Shown here: positions 8,255-17,101 of the stretch, piece by piece
Layout of the letters: the number at the start of each line of letters is the position of its first letter
Position numbering within the stretch: position 1 is the first letter of the stretch
Source of the DNA: Candidatus Zixiibacteriota bacterium
GTDB lineage: Bacteria; Zixibacteria; MSB-5A5; WJJR01
Assembly: GCA_036170655.1 (NCBI GenBank)
Contig: JAVHPP010000097.1
Location: 1 to 40,584 of the forward strand
DNA: 40,584 nucleotides
Direction of reading: 5' to 3'
Translations under genes and position numbers: made by a program
Notes under the pieces: generated by a model
Database searches by the model: none
Told to the model about the DNA's origin: nothing
The model's input: only the letters and a program-made list of their open reading frames with translations

Positions 8255-11182
8255 TCAGTCGGTATCGAGGCTGTACTGGCGGATCTTCAGGCGGAGCGTG
8301 GACTCGGGGATACCCAGTTTTTCGGCCGCGTGCTTCTTGACGCCCCCGGCTTCGGCCAGCGCCCGGATGATATAGCGTTGTTCGATCTGCGCCACCTGAT
8401 CATACAACCGGAAATGTTCGGGGATTGTCTCTGCCGCCTGGAATCCGGCCATCGGCGCATTCTCGAAGAACTTATGGGACAGGCGATCGGGCGTCAGTAC
8501 ATCATTGCCCACGGATAAGAGCACCATTTTGCGCAACTCATTCTCGAGCTCGCGCACATTCCCCGGCCACGAAAACGCGCACATCACCCGGATGGTTTCC
8601 GGTGCGATGCGCACAGCGCGACCGGTCTCATCAGCGATCTTCGCCAGAAAATGATCAATCAACAATGGTATATCTTCAACCCGTCCGCGCAATGGGGGCA
8701 GGTTGAACGACAGGGCAGACAACCGGTAAAACAGATCCCGGCGGAATGTTCCCCGTTCGACTTCTTCGGTCAGGTCTCTGTTGGTGGCGGAGACGACCCG
8801 CACGTCGATCCGCCGGGGTTTCGTGTCCCCAAGCCGCGTCAATTCCTTGGACTCCAGAAAGCGCAACAACTTGGCCTGGATGGGCAGGGGCATCTCGCCG
8901 ATCTCATCGAGGAGGAATGTGCCACCATCGGCTTCTTCGAATAGTCCCTGTTTGTCATGGTCGGCGCCCGTGTAGGCCCCGCGCTTGGCACCGAAGAGTT
9001 CATTCTCCAGGAGCGATTCCGGCAACGCCGCGCAGTTGACCGAAACGAAGCGGCCATTCCTCCGCGCGCTGGAATAATGGATCGCCTTCGCAAGGAGGTC
9101 CTTGCCCGTGCCTGTCTCCCCTTGCAACAGGATAGACACGTCGGCGTCGAGAATCAGCCGGACGCGCGAGAGCACCTCACGGAACGCATCGTTCTGCGTG
9201 ATGATGCTGGGGAATTCACACTGCCGGCCAACCTGATCGCGGAGGAGCTGGACATCGCGGAACAGCCGTTCGGATTTCAGCCGTGTGGAATGCCACGCAA
9301 TGACTTCCGCGAATGCCACGGCAAAATCAAGATCACGCGGGGAGAATCCCGTCTGAGCGTCCACTGAGCCACAGAGATCGGCATAGAGCAGGCCGCCGGA
9401 ACCGGGACCCAGCTCGACGGGAACGGTGATCACCGACACCGGGACGGCTCCCGACTCGTCTTTCAAGTATGCTACCAGTTCCGGGATCGTCGCGACCGAC
9501 CAGAACACTTGAGGCGTATCAACTGAAAGAAGCTGGTGAGATGTGCCAGACACAAAGGCAGAGACACGGGACGCGAAGGTCACGTCCGCGCCCGAGACCG
9601 ACAGGACACGGCCGGAACGCCGGCCATCGGATGTGATTTCCACCAGAATGACCCGGGAAGCGGCCAGTCGCGAGCGGTAGAAATCCAATGACTGCTGGAG
9701 ATCGTCGGAGGCTGGATGCTCGCTCAAAGAACGCGCCCAGGGAGTTCCCCCCAAACGAAATTCATTCTTCTCGGAGACCGCATGGTGGAGGCACTGGCGA
9801 GTCAGTGCGTCGAGAATGTGCCGCTGCCTTTCCGTGAGGGTGGCGGCATCCGGCGCTCCCGTCAGTTCGCAGACCAGTTGCGACGCCTTCACGAGGTCGC
9901 CGGCTGTCACATGGGCTTCGACGAGCAGCCAGCGAGCATCCCGGAGTTGCGGCGCGGCATTCAATGAAGCGAAGCGGTCGGCGGCGCTTTGCAAAGCATC
10001 CATGGTTGCCGCAGTTTGAGTCGTGTTCATTGACAAGACCTCGGCATTGGCCAAGTCGCACCGCGCCAGTTCGTACACATCGCCGACGGCGTTCAGACAT
10101 TCCTGCGCTTTGACCATGCAGGCGCTCGCATCCGCCATCTGATTCAAATGCGCCAAGGCCACGGCCAGTGCGCGATAGAGGCAACCCACCTCGGCGCGCT
10201 CGCCGATGGCAATGGCTACATCGAGACCTTCGCGTGCCAGCCGCTCTGACTGCGCCCAGTCGCCCAATGCGGCTTCGCACTCTGCCAGACCACGCAAAGA
10301 CTGTGAGATCAGGTCGTTTTGGTCACTCAGGCGGCGTCCGATGTTCAGCGCGCGCCGGAAAGACTCCTTGGCCTGAACCCAATGGCGCTGCTCATAGCGC
10401 CAGATGCCGGTGTATTCATGATAAATGGCTCTTTCGCGGACCAGCGAAGCGTCTTCGACGCATGCCAGCACCCCATCGAGGTGTTCGCCCGCCCCACTGA
10501 AACGGTGCTGCAGGGTGGCAACCAGCGCCAAGGAGAGAAGATTGCGCGCCACCGACTCCTTGTTACCGGAAGACTCGGCACATCTCAGCGCCTGAACGAG
10601 GACACTCTCGGCAAGCGGCCACCGCCCCACAAGCAGATGAATCCGTCCCAAGTTACCCAAGAGACGCGCCTCACCTTCGCGGTCACCGAGGCGGCGTGTC
10701 AACTCGAGCGCGTCATTGAGGTGTTCGATCGCAAGGCTGTACTCGCCCCTGACAAAACGGATACGAGCCAGTTCATTGTGCGACTGGGCCATTCCCCGTT
10801 CATTAGCTACGCGCCGGTATGTCGCCAGCGCATCACGCGCCTGAATCAGGGCATTTTTCAGATCACCCAAGCCCACATATCCCCGTCCCATGATGCTCTG
10901 GGCCAGGCCGATCCGTTCATTGTCAGTGGTCAACTGGAAGTAACAGAATGCGTCCCTCGCACTCGCCACCGCCTCCGAGTACTGTGCCAACTCAACAGCG
11001 CTCTGTGAGCGGAGGAGACACCATTCACCGAACTCGGGGGATTGACGCCAAGCGTCATCGTCGCGATTCAATACGGAAAGCGCCTCATAGGCGGCGGACC
11101 AATTCCTCCGCTCCAGCAAAGTATGAATCTGCTGGAGAGAATGACGCAGGAGGGCTGCGTCCTGGTGTGGAAGGGGCTTCAT
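8255..11182 (-). CDS. Sigma54-dependent transcriptional activator: TPR repeats + GAF + AAA+ + Fis-type HTH
   Basis: About 450 aa of helical TPR-like repeats; GAF-like segment (ITVPV..GGLLYAD...FSPRDL); Walker A GETGTGKD; ENELFG..GAYTGA; Walker B FLLDEIGE; RRDLFYRL; WPGNVRELEN; C-terminal AAEKLGIPESTLRLKI. No receiver domain or TM helix evident. Confidence 0.93.
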   Translation of the reverse strand: MKPLPHQDAALLRHSLQQIHTLLERRNWSAAYEALSVLNRDDDAWRQSPEFGEWCLLRSQSAVELAQYSEAVASARDAFCYFQLTTDNERIGLAQSIMGRGYVGLGDLKNALIQARDALATYRRVANERGMAQSHNELARIRFVRGEYSLAIEHLNDALELTRRLGDREGEARLLGNLGRIHLLVGRWPLAESVLVQALRCAESSGNKESVARNLLSLALVATLQHRFSGAGEHLDGVLACVEDASLVRERAIYHEYTGIWRYEQRHWVQAKESFRRALNIGRRLSDQNDLISQSLRGLAECEAALGDWAQSERLAREGLDVAIAIGERAEVGCLYRALAVALAHLNQMADASACMVKAQECLNAVGDVYELARCDLANAEVLSMNTTQTAATMDALQSAADRFASLNAAPQLRDARWLLVEAHVTAGDLVKASQLVCELTGAPDAATLTERQRHILDALTRQCLHHAVSEKNEFRLGGTPWARSLSEHPASDDLQQSLDFYRSRLAASRVILVEITSDGRRSGRVLSVSGADVTFASRVSAFVSGTSHQLLSVDTPQVFWSVATIPELVAYLKDESGAVPVSVITVPVELGPGSGGLLYADLCGSVDAQTGFSPRDLDFAVAFAEVIAWHSTRLKSERLFRDVQLLRDQVGRQCEFPSIITQNDAFREVLSRVRLILDADVSILLQGETGTGKDLLAKAIHYSSARRNGRFVSVNCAALPESLLENELFGAKRGAYTGADHDKQGLFEEADGGTFLLDEIGEMPLPIQAKLLRFLESKELTRLGDTKPRRIDVRVVSATNRDLTEEVERGTFRRDLFYRLSALSFNLPPLRGRVEDIPLLIDHFLAKIADETGRAVRIAPETIRVMCAFSWPGNVRELENELRKMVLLSVGNDVLTPDRLSHKFFENAPMAGFQAAETIPEHFRLYDQVAQIEQRYIIRALAEAGGVKKHAAEKLGIPESTLRLKIRQYSLDTD

Positions 11183-11215
11183 GGACCTACCTACTGCAAC
11201 AACCCGTCAAGGTTG

Positions 11216-11557
11216 CTAAAGGCGCCGTGCATGTGACGTTGCGCTGCTGACCTTGATGTGCTTCACGCTCTGCCACTTCACACTCTGCCACAGAGAGAAG
11301 ATCGCGCCTCCGATCCACTTCACGCTGCCGCTGCTGAGAGCGGTAACGGTCGTGGGTGGGGGGAGGGTGACCTGTGGAAGCGCAGTGCCAGAACTGTCGG
11401 GCGGGGGCTGCTGAGTTGTCCCATCGTCCCAAGGGTGCCCATCGCTACCGCCGCCAATCGGCGCCTGATTGGGACCTTCAGCCAAGACCACCGTACTCGG
11501 CACAACCACCAGAATCAGGGCCAAATAGACGGCCAAGATGAATCGCATCTTTGCCAT
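11216..11557 (-). CDS. Small secreted protein (113 aa), candidate signalling-peptide precursor
   Basis: AAGGAGG SD 9 nt before ATG 11557; Sec signal peptide MAKMRFILAVYLALILVVVPSTVVLA; then low-complexity G/P/T sequence containing DGHPWDD; stop lies 33 bp before the activator start. Confidence 0.7.
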   Translation of the reverse strand: MAKMRFILAVYLALILVVVPSTVVLAEGPNQAPIGGGSDGHPWDDGTTQQPPPDSSGTALPQVTLPPPTTVTALSSGSVKWIGGAIFSLWQSVKWQSVKHIKVSSATSHARRL

Positions 11558-11686
11558 ACCATTTGCCTCCTTACCGAAATCGCCGCGTGTCAGATGCACC
11601 CAGCAAGGTTGATTGGTCTACCAAGATCGTCATCCACGATTCCCTGTAATCAAATGAAGTCCACTTACCTTACTCACTTTGTAATT

Positions 11687-11819
11687 TGTCGCTAAACCGA
11701 GATTTGTCAAGAGATTTGCACGAAAAACATCGATTCCTGCGTCGCAAAGTTTGCGCAAAGCAAATGTCGCGCCATACGACCGGACCACCGCTCCAAGTGT
11801 GATGTCGTGTGCCCTGACA
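11687..11819. promoter_or_regulatory. Cluster of palindromes, candidate upstream activating sequences
   Basis: TGTCG-N6-CGAGA (11687-11702), CGCAAA-G-TTTGCG overlapping TTTGCGCAAA (11743-11759), TGTCG-N7-CGACC (11765-11781), TGTCG-N7-TGACA (11803-11819); 170-300 bp upstream of the sigma54 site. Confidence 0.4.
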
Positions 11820-11988
11820 ATGGGCCGCGTCCCATCAATATGGTGCTGAAGTACGTGACCGTCTGTGCCCCAACGTGGCCTATCAAGACGTCTTATCTCC
11901 AGATTGCGAATGCAGCGACACACACAAGTTATTGTCTTCCAGCGTGTTGCATGACCGAAACTAACAGAACCCGGCCAGCACGAGTTGA

Positions 11989-12004
11989 TGGCACAGAGCT
12001 TGCG
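11989..12004 (+). promoter_or_regulatory. Sigma54 (-24/-12) promoter
   Basis: TGGCAC-AGAGC-TTGCG matches TGGCAC-N5-TTGC with exact GG-N10-GC spacing; 48 bp upstream of ATG 12052 and divergent from a sigma54 activator gene. Confidence 0.85.
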
Positions 12005-12051
12005 ATACCCCCAGTGCGGTCGATGTGCTCGAAGAGGATTTGGGGGGAGTA

Positions 12052-14079
12052 ATGCGATTATCGGGGGGAAAGATTTCAATACGGCGGGCGAGACTTGGAA
12101 TCCCGCGTCGGCCGACTTGGTTCGGCCTCATCCTCTGCCCTCTGATCATCGTTGGTTGCGGACTGCAATCACCACAGGCACCGCACTGGACGGCGACGAT
12201 TGAAGTCCCCATTGCATCACACCAGCTCGACCTTGCCTACATCGTCAGCCATTCTGATCTGGAGGGATTGAAATGGTCGCAAGATTCGGGCGCCTTCTTT
12301 CGGATTGAACGGGCGCTCGATACCGTCTTTGTCGGCGATCACCTCACCGTCGCGACCCAGACAGGCAATTCGCAGTTCTCAGTCGGCCAGTTCGCCATCG
12401 GTGAAGGAACCCGCACGGCGGAAGCTCTGCCGCTGTCCGATCTGTACTCCGGTCCGGTCGGTTTGATCGCCGCATTTTCCGCGCAGACGCGCCGCTCACT
12501 GCCCGCTGTTTCTGGATGGATAAGCGCCGAAGTTCAGGACGGTCAGATTCGAGTAGCCGTCTCCAACCATCTGGGGGTAACGCTCGATTCCGTCGCGATC
12601 GCAATCTACAACGGCGGCGGGGACACGGCGCTGGCGAACGTCAGTATTGGCGGTCCCATCCTGACGGGGGATTCCGCCGTTGGCGAGGCCCCGTTGCGGC
12701 CGGGCCTCATCGTGCCACAATGGGATTATGCGATGTCGTTCTACACACCGGGCGGGACGATTCTGACTGCCGATGACAAGTATGTTGCGGTGACAGCCGA
12801 CATTCCGTCGGGAATTCTTGTCACCCGTGCAACCGCCGTCATATCGCCGCTGAATCGTCAATACACGGACTCGCTTTCGCTCAGCCGTGAGCACTCCCTC
12901 AGTGAGGCCGTGTTTGGTTCAGGGCGAATCGACATCGGCTGGGCGAACACAACCCCACTGCCGATCGCTGTGCAGTGGGTCAGCCCAGAGCTGAGACGGG
13001 ACGGGATTTCGCTGTCAGGTTCGGAGGTGATCGGCCCCAACAGTTCGGCATCACGCCAAATTGATCTGTCAGGTTTCCATTTTTTCGGCAGTGCGGCTAC
13101 ATCGAGCGCACGGCTGGAAATGACCGTGCTCTCAGAAGGGTCAGGCGGACAGACAGTCACGATGAATAGCAACGACGGGGTCAGCGTGCAGACAGTGGCG
13201 CACGACATCGCACTCGAGTCAGCAACTGGCGCGCTCAGCCCAACCCGTCAGACGGTCGACCACCTCTCGACCGCGATTGCATGGCCCAATGGGACCAAAG
13301 ACCTCGGGCTCGACAGCGGCACACTGATTCTCTCGGTGACATCGACTCTTCCCTGGCCGGTTCAACTGGAGGGACAGATCGCCAATCAAAGTGGTTTGAC
13401 AGTCCCCGTGGGAGGCGTGCTTCAGGCCGGCTCACCAGCGCATCCTGTATTGACCGAAATCACGGTCCCTGATGTCGCCGCTCTTCTGCGCCCGCTGCCA
13501 ACGGAGATTATCTTTGGCGGATCAATCACCTACGGCGACGGCGTGACGACGGGGACCGTCCGTGCGTCAGACTTCGTCGCCCCCCGGCTGACATTCACTT
13601 CACCGGCTGATCTGTACGTCGATTCAGTGAACTTGCGCCCGGACATCATGTGGGCAAATCTGGCCACGGGCGACCAAGTTGAGCGGCGCGGGCGGCTAAA
13701 AAATGCTCAGGTCCAAGTCGTTGTTGGCAATCACCTGCCATTGGGAGCAGTGTTGACGCTGCGCATCGCGTCCGATTCGGCCTCGGCCGTCTCTAATCCA
13801 GGTATTGTTTTTGGCCCATCGGTTGTCACCCCCGCCCCCACAGACCACACGGGGCGCACAACGGGTGAATCAACCTCGCTTCTGCAGTACATTGTCGACA
13901 GCGCGCACATCGCCCTGTTTGAAGGCCAAGGCGTCTGGATTGCAGGTGAATTGAGGTTGATCGGTCCGGGAAACGGCGCGGCATCCAGAATTCGTCCCAA
14001 CGACTATTTCAACTGGTCTGCGTCAGCCCGGCTGGAAGTGCGGTCCGAAGCGGAACTCGCATCGGGGGAGACGCGATGA
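12052..14079 (+). CDS. Large beta-rich lipoprotein with four degenerate ~130-aa repeats
   Basis: ATG 12052 after GGGGAG; basic N-region, hydrophobic stretch, lipobox IIVG-C; overlaps the next gene by ATGA. Confidence 0.75.
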   Translation: MRLSGGKISIRRARLGIPRRPTWFGLILCPLIIVGCGLQSPQAPHWTATIEVPIASHQLDLAYIVSHSDLEGLKWSQDSGAFFRIERALDTVFVGDHLTVATQTGNSQFSVGQFAIGEGTRTAEALPLSDLYSGPVGLIAAFSAQTRRSLPAVSGWISAEVQDGQIRVAVSNHLGVTLDSVAIAIYNGGGDTALANVSIGGPILTGDSAVGEAPLRPGLIVPQWDYAMSFYTPGGTILTADDKYVAVTADIPSGILVTRATAVISPLNRQYTDSLSLSREHSLSEAVFGSGRIDIGWANTTPLPIAVQWVSPELRRDGISLSGSEVIGPNSSASRQIDLSGFHFFGSAATSSARLEMTVLSEGSGGQTVTMNSNDGVSVQTVAHDIALESATGALSPTRQTVDHLSTAIAWPNGTKDLGLDSGTLILSVTSTLPWPVQLEGQIANQSGLTVPVGGVLQAGSPAHPVLTEITVPDVAALLRPLPTEIIFGGSITYGDGVTTGTVRASDFVAPRLTFTSPADLYVDSVNLRPDIMWANLATGDQVERRGRLKNAQVQVVVGNHLPLGAVLTLRIASDSASAVSNPGIVFGPSVVTPAPTDHTGRTTGESTSLLQYIVDSAHIALFEGQGVWIAGELRLIGPGNGAASRIRPNDYFNWSASARLEVRSEAELASGETR

Positions 14080-15341
14080 CGCACAACATGCGACTCTGTG
14101 GGTTGGCCTGGCTGACCGGCGGTTGTGTCATCGTGGCGGCAGCGTGCGGGAGTCGCGCCGCCGCAACCGAGATGACACCACTGTCAGCGGGAATGGCCGG
14201 ATCATCGATGGCGCTGAGCTTCGGTGTCGATGCGGCATTTGACAATCCCGCACAATTGGGTTGGCCACAGACTTCGCGCATGCAACTTCGGCTGCTGAAT
14301 ATCGGCGCCAGGCTAAGTAATAACGGATTTGGGTGGGGCGACTACAGACGCTACAACGGCGCCAATCTCAATGAGCAGGACAAGGCGGCCATCGTCGCTT
14401 CGATTCCGAGCGATGGACTGTCTCTTGATGCTGGTGGCGGCGCCTCGGCGATGGCCACCCGTGTCGGACGGTGGAGCGTCCACGCATCCGCGTTTGGCGC
14501 GGCGCGCGGCCGGCTCGACCGGCAGATTGTGGAATTGGTCCTGTATGGCAATGCAGCCCGACCGGATTGGACGTTCGCCAACTCAGAAGGCGAGGCGCTG
14601 GCGGGCTGGACAGCGGGGCTGTCGCACGGACGTGCCGTCGGGCATCTGCTTGGCCGGCAGATTTACGCCGGTTTCACGCTGGCCTATGTTCGCGGACTGT
14701 ATTACGCCCGCTCCGAAAACCCAAGAGCCACGCTTAGCACGCAGGCGAACGGACTCACTGGCGCCGCAGCGGCGGATGTGACGACGGCGACCGGAGGTGA
14801 CGGTTTGGGCATCGACCTGGGCCTTGCCACCGAAATGTGGCCGCACTGGATGGCGAGCTTGAAGCTCGAAAATGTCATACACACGATACACTGGAATCGG
14901 GGCATTCAGACTCGGCGCTACGATCTGAACTTCGAGGGCGTTACGGTCGATAACTACGACGATTCCCTGTGGGTCAGTCATGAATCGGTGTCGACACGTC
15001 CCGCATTCTCGCGCGGTCTGCCAATACGTGTCCGTCTCGGTCTGGGACACACCGCCGCGTGCGTGCGTGTGGCCGGAGAGTTCTCGGTTTCGCTGGCCAA
15101 CCGTCTCGGCGGGACAACAACACCCGAGATTGCCGGCGGGATCGAGTATCTGGCAGCCGGCTTCCTGCCGCTCCGTACCGGTGTCGCGCTGGGCGGGACT
15201 TCGGGGTACGCTGTCGGCTGGGGCACGGGACTGTGGCTCGGACCTGCTCGTTTTGATATTGGTGTCAGAATTGACAAGGCAATCTGGATTGGCCATGGGC
15301 GGGGAATGAGCGGAGCCCTGGCCCTCGATCTGGCTTTCTGA
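14076..15341 (+). CDS. Outer-membrane beta-barrel protein (DUF5723/TraF-like, FadL-related)
   Basis: Signal peptide, AAFDNPAQLG N-terminal motif, GxGxDLG strand motif, alternating amphipathic strands, terminal Phe (LALDLAF). Confidence 0.7.
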   Translation: MTHNMRLCGLAWLTGGCVIVAAACGSRAAATEMTPLSAGMAGSSMALSFGVDAAFDNPAQLGWPQTSRMQLRLLNIGARLSNNGFGWGDYRRYNGANLNEQDKAAIVASIPSDGLSLDAGGGASAMATRVGRWSVHASAFGAARGRLDRQIVELVLYGNAARPDWTFANSEGEALAGWTAGLSHGRAVGHLLGRQIYAGFTLAYVRGLYYARSENPRATLSTQANGLTGAAAADVTTATGGDGLGIDLGLATEMWPHWMASLKLENVIHTIHWNRGIQTRRYDLNFEGVTVDNYDDSLWVSHESVSTRPAFSRGLPIRVRLGLGHTAACVRVAGEFSVSLANRLGGTTTPEIAGGIEYLAAGFLPLRTGVALGGTSGYAVGWGTGLWLGPARFDIGVRIDKAIWIGHGRGMSGALALDLAF

Positions 15342-15356
15342 GAAAAGGAGCGACTG

Positions 15357-17051
15357 ATGCGGCGGCAACTCAGCACACTCTTAGGCGGAATCATTCTCGG
15401 TGTCCTTGCCCTGGGCGCCAGCGGTCGTCTCAACGATGCGGACGCAATGCCGCCGTATCCCGGTCTGGCCTCCCAGTCAAAGCAGGCCGCCGCCGCGGTG
15501 GATCATTATATGGAGTTACGCGCCGGATTCGCTGAACGGGGGATCGACCAACCCGGCGGAATCGCGGCCGGGACACAACTGGCCGGATCGTTCAACATGC
15601 TGGCGATCTGCGTGGATTTCTCCGATCATCCGTCGTCCACCCCGGCCATCAAGTTTGACACGCTGATTTTCGCCCAGCAGGGCAACTCGGTCCGCGACTA
15701 TTATCACCAGGTTTCGTATGGCACGCTGACGATCGTGACCGTGAACCTGCCTTCGACTCTGGGTTGGCAACGCGCGCCTTCGACATATGCGTACTACGTG
15801 AACAACAACTACGCGCTCGGCTCGTACCCGCAAAACTCGCAAAAACTGGTCGAAGATCTGGTCGACCTCGTCGATCCAACGGTCAACTTCGCCAGCTACG
15901 ACAACGACGGCGACGGGTTTGTCGATGGGGTGATTGTCGTCCACGCTGGGACGGGAGCGGAACTGAGCGGCTCCACCAGTGATGTCTGGTCGCACAAATG
16001 GGGAATCATGCCACGCCTGAAAGATGGCGTTTTCATCAGCGACTTTTCCATCCAGCCGGAGTATTGGTATACGCCCGGCGACATTACCATCGGAGTCTAT
16101 GCCCATGAAATTGGGCATGTCTTTGGACTTCCGGATCTTTATGACACTGACAATAGTTCACGTGGCTTAGCCCGCTGGTCGCTGATGGCAAACGGTTCGT
16201 GGAACGGGTCGCTTGGCAATTCACCGGCGCATCTGGATGCCTGGTGCCGGACACAGTTGGGGTTTTGCACGCCGACGGTGGTGAACGGCTCCATTTATGG
16301 CGCGTCGGTCCCCCGGATCGAGGACTCGGCGGTCGTTTACCGCGTCTGGTCGTCGGGCACGATTGGCAATGAGTATTTCCTCGTCGAGAATCGTCAAAAG
16401 ACCGGATACGACGCTGCTCTCCCGGGCGCGGGTCTGCTCATCTGGCACATTGACGAGACCAAGAGTGGTAACACGCAGGAATGGTACCCCGGACACACGA
16501 GCTTCGGGAACTACCTCGTGGCGCTCGAACAGGCGGATGGCCTGTGGGAACTGGACAAGAACCTCGACAATGGCGACACCGGCGATCCATTCCCCGGCTT
16601 GACGGACAAGCGCACGTTCTCGGCGGCCTCGACACCCTCATCAGATTCCTACAGCGGCGGCCCGACCTATGTCGTCGTGACGAATATCTCCAACTCCGGG
16701 CTGACCATGACCTGTGATTTTCAGGTGACATTGGGTACAGGGATCGTCGACGACCAGACGGGCGGCTCCGGCCTGCCTTCGTTGTTCCTGACAAATTCGC
16801 CGAACCCATTCAATCCTTCGACCATCATTGAATACGGTCTTGAGAAAGACGGGATCGTCCGGCTGACTCTCTGCAACGTGCTGGGACAGATGGTCCGAGA
16901 CCTCGTTGACGAACGACAGCCCGCGGGTACGCATCAAGTTGCGTGGGACGGCAATGATCAGTCCGGACATGCGGTGAGTTCCGGAGTTTACCTCGCCCGG
17001 ATGCAATCGGCCGGGCGGGCCATTGTGCGCAAGATGATTCTGGTTCGCTGA
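15357..17051 (+). CDS. M6 family (immune inhibitor A-like) zinc metalloprotease with T9SS/FlgD-Ig C-terminal domain
   Basis: Signal peptide; VDFSD, SVRDYY..VSYG, YDNDGDGFVD, WSHKW, zinc motif HEIGHVFGLPDLYD, WSLMANGSW, EYFLVENRQ, GLLIWHIDE; CTD NSPNPFNPSTIIEY...VSSGVYLARM...KMILVR. Confidence 0.92.
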   Translation: MRRQLSTLLGGIILGVLALGASGRLNDADAMPPYPGLASQSKQAAAAVDHYMELRAGFAERGIDQPGGIAAGTQLAGSFNMLAICVDFSDHPSSTPAIKFDTLIFAQQGNSVRDYYHQVSYGTLTIVTVNLPSTLGWQRAPSTYAYYVNNNYALGSYPQNSQKLVEDLVDLVDPTVNFASYDNDGDGFVDGVIVVHAGTGAELSGSTSDVWSHKWGIMPRLKDGVFISDFSIQPEYWYTPGDITIGVYAHEIGHVFGLPDLYDTDNSSRGLARWSLMANGSWNGSLGNSPAHLDAWCRTQLGFCTPTVVNGSIYGASVPRIEDSAVVYRVWSSGTIGNEYFLVENRQKTGYDAALPGAGLLIWHIDETKSGNTQEWYPGHTSFGNYLVALEQADGLWELDKNLDNGDTGDPFPGLTDKRTFSAASTPSSDSYSGGPTYVVVTNISNSGLTMTCDFQVTLGTGIVDDQTGGSGLPSLFLTNSPNPFNPSTIIEYGLEKDGIVRLTLCNVLGQMVRDLVDERQPAGTHQVAWDGNDQSGHAVSSGVYLARMQSAGRAIVRKMILVR

Positions 17052-17101
17052 GAGAGATCAAAGCGGTGAAAGTGTCTGGTAACCAAAAAGGAGGGAGGAG
17101 T

